In this document: piece after piece, positions 61,471 through 64,000 of the stretch | Layout of the letters: every line of letters begins with the position of its first letter | Position numbering within the stretch: position 1 is the first letter of the stretch | Assembly (NCBI GenBank): GCA_046563655.1 | Contig: CM102289.1 | Location: 248,001 to 312,000, forward strand | From: Yuukianura sp. NJ FZ-2021 | Lineage: Eukaryota | Reading direction: 5' to 3' | DNA: 64,000 bases | The notes under the pieces: generated by a model | The model's input: the letters and a program-made list of their open reading frames with translations, nothing else | Told to the model about the DNA's origin: nothing | Database searches by the model: none | Position numbers and translations under genes: made by a program

Positions 61471-63938
61471 TTATATATGCACCCACATTCCGTATAAATT
61501 TTTGTCACCCTGTGCAACAAATTAAATGTGTTTGCAATTAACAATGCGTGTTTTATATATGTCGCAACCTTACATATCTGACTTCGTCCGTGCAGTAGCA
61601 TTTTTTCTTTTGGCTACAAATAGTATACTTTCCCCTTCCGTCACAGTAATTTCCACATTCGTCTCCACGTTCGCACTGTTGCAATAATGTCCTTTGGTCA
61701 CATGCCAATGAATATCGAACAAACGAAAACAAAAAGCTTTTTTTCACTCACGTAGGATTTCTCTATGCAACTACACTTGCCACCCTTGCAATACACTTTT
61801 AAGTTTTTGTCAGTACACTTTCCCTTACAGTCTGTATTTGTAGAACACTAACATCAAACGGAAAAAATTCTGTTATTTTTAAACCTGGAAATCGTATGAG
61901 CAGAATTTATAGTGTTCAGAAAGTTCTGTTTTACTTACTTTCTTTTGAGCGCACACACACTCACGTCTTGTTTCAGCACCACAAACATCAACGGCGGGGG
62001 CCACGCACCCCTTCTTACAATTCTGAGCACACTACAGTGGCAAACAAAAAATATATGTTAGTCCCAAAAAACTAAAACCATATAAGTACAACGTCGTCCA
62101 AAACTATAAACTATATATACTAACTATATCTATATATAATATATATAAACTAACTAGATATGTCTATATAAACTATAAACTAAATATATAGACTAACTAT
62201 AAGCCAAATTAGTATAGTGAACATTTTCTCTGAACAATAGTCCTTAAGATATGCAAACATTTTAATCTTCGAACTTGTTAACTTTTTTTTGATAGGCTGT
62301 TTTCACATCCCTGCTTAGAATGAGAATCCCCGAGTTTGTGGAGTTGCATATAAAATGTCTAAAAATATGCAGCCGGACTGAAGGGAAATTCTTTGGTATG
62401 TCTGCTACCATGGATCAATTTTAGACCCGTTTGTAAAAATCCTTCCCATAAAAATGAATGGATACGAGGACTAACTTACGTAGCTTTTGGAAAATTATGA
62501 GTTTCAAACTAATGTTTAAACGCTTCATCGTTTTTATGTACAACATGTTAACTGCTCAAATTTTTTTCGACGCACTGTACATTTTAAATATTCCAGTATA
62601 CTCAGGATAAAAAATGTTTACTATTTTTTCAAATATTTTGTATGGTTTCAATATTTACCTAAATATTTCCGAAGACTTTTCCCGAAATTTTGTATTTAGA
62701 ACCTGCGAAACATGAAAGAAATAAAGAAATATTGACGCGTTTTCCAGTTTGAAATAGACGAAAATTGCATCAATGCCCGCCTTGAAAGTGTAATATGTGA
62801 ACCGTAGATGACAAGTTTCAAGTTTGCATTTATAGGAAATTTTGATCATTTTGATGTTAAGGAAGCGATAATCTCAACCCTTGAGCACAAGCCTACCTAG
62901 TTTTTCTTTTAACAGCGACACAGCCGGGCTGCTGCTGTGTCAATAGTAATCCATATTGAGAATCATGTTGGAATCGTTTTTACGTATTCCTTTGTCTAAT
63001 TTACGCCGTAACCTTTGAGTTCCAAAGCTACGTTGGAGTTACTAGGTGAAGATTTGCATAGCTTGCTAGCAACACTTTCAATCATCACTTTTGGATTTGT
63101 ACATGTGTCCCAAGGTTTGTGGATGTGTGTCCAACTCACCGTCCTGCAATAGCAACATCCTGTTTTAAAGTTGGTAGCATTCTTTTTGAAGGCATTAAAA
63201 ATGGTTTCAATGTGGCTGTCGCCTGAATGCCCCTTGTTGCAAAACGGGTTGGAGTCTGTGCATCCAAAACCATATGCATCACCTCTGTCTTCCTCAATTT
63301 TCTTATCACATTCAGATTGGCCGTCGCACTGTATAATAAAACATTTTATTTAGTTCCAACATACACATGCGATAATTTTTTTCATTTTTAATTTCTTCAG
63401 CCGAAGCTAAAAATATATGTCAAACTAAAAACTGAGCCCTTTCAGCGGAAACAACTTGTTCATGTTCATTTTTGAAACCATGAGGGGATTTCAGAGCTAA
63501 TTTCTCAAATATTCAAAACCGAGACGGTTCAAGTTTTTTGTGAGAATTAAATACAAAAAGAGTTTGCAAATATCCCTTTACGTAATTTTAAAGCGGTTGT
63601 CACGGGAATTATTTTGGGGTGTTGCGGTTTTAATGAGACACGTTGTAAGTTCGTTTCTTACGGAATAACAAATTCCAGTGGGCTGATCTACTTCCTCGCC
63701 GTAGGTCACTGTGAGGATAGTGCTGCATATCAACGTAAGGCCTAGGCAACACTTCAAAACGCTCAAATACCTTAAAAAGTTTAAACATTTAAATAAACAT
63801 TTAAATAAGGTTAGGTTACGTTAGGATGAAATAAATCGCAGATAAAAAATCATTCTTCCAATAACAATTTCGATAATTCAATTTTTATCTTAAGTGTTAG
63901 TTTAAAAACACCCAGTCTTTGTACAGTTCGACTTACAT
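61471..63938 (-). CDS. Secreted Cys-rich protein: 10-Cys N-domain + three exon-encoded CS-alpha-beta (defensin/scorpion-toxin-like) modules
   Basis: Proposed exons: AT (63938-37) / G-YLSVLKCCLGLTLICSTILTVTYG..ICYS (from 63770) / 63328-63005 / 62031-61939 / 61847-61752 / 61675-61574 / 61509-61471. All joins are phase-compatible GT-AG with no internal stops. Confidence 0.65.
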
Positions 63939-64000
63939 GATGATGGAGATTATCAGAGTGTAGATTTAAGAACTTCGAGAACTAAGATTTCAGCTTCGAA

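Overview
AT-rich eukaryotic DNA with short GT-AG introns and arthropod-type genes. It most resembles a non-insect hexapod (springtail-like); this is inferred from gene content, not proven. Many genes are spliced and are invisible or fragmented in the ORF track. Conserved genes: RNF126/115-like E3, USP22/nonstop-like DUB, ER alpha-1,2-mannosidase (MAN1B1-like) and a DM4/DM12 protein. Candidate horizontally acquired enzymes: bacillopeptidase F-like subtilase, intronless fungal-type class 3 lipase and WS/DGAT. Mobile DNA: a DD41D (rosa) transposon with introns, a hAT MITE, a Helentron-like element, tRNA-derived SINE-like copies, and a 4-kb TIR-bounded element filled with four satellites. The most novel items are: (1) a 15-kb, ~39-exon gene for a ~3000-aa protein of 12 tandem ~235-aa repeats that I do not recognise; (2) five tandem two-exon genes for secreted beta-hairpin proteins with four positionally conserved furin-type sites; (3) two spliced Cys-rich toxin/defensin-like precursor genes, one releasing a knottin and one with three exon-encoded CS-alpha-beta-like modules. 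All gene models were assembled by eye, so exon borders are approximate unless stated.
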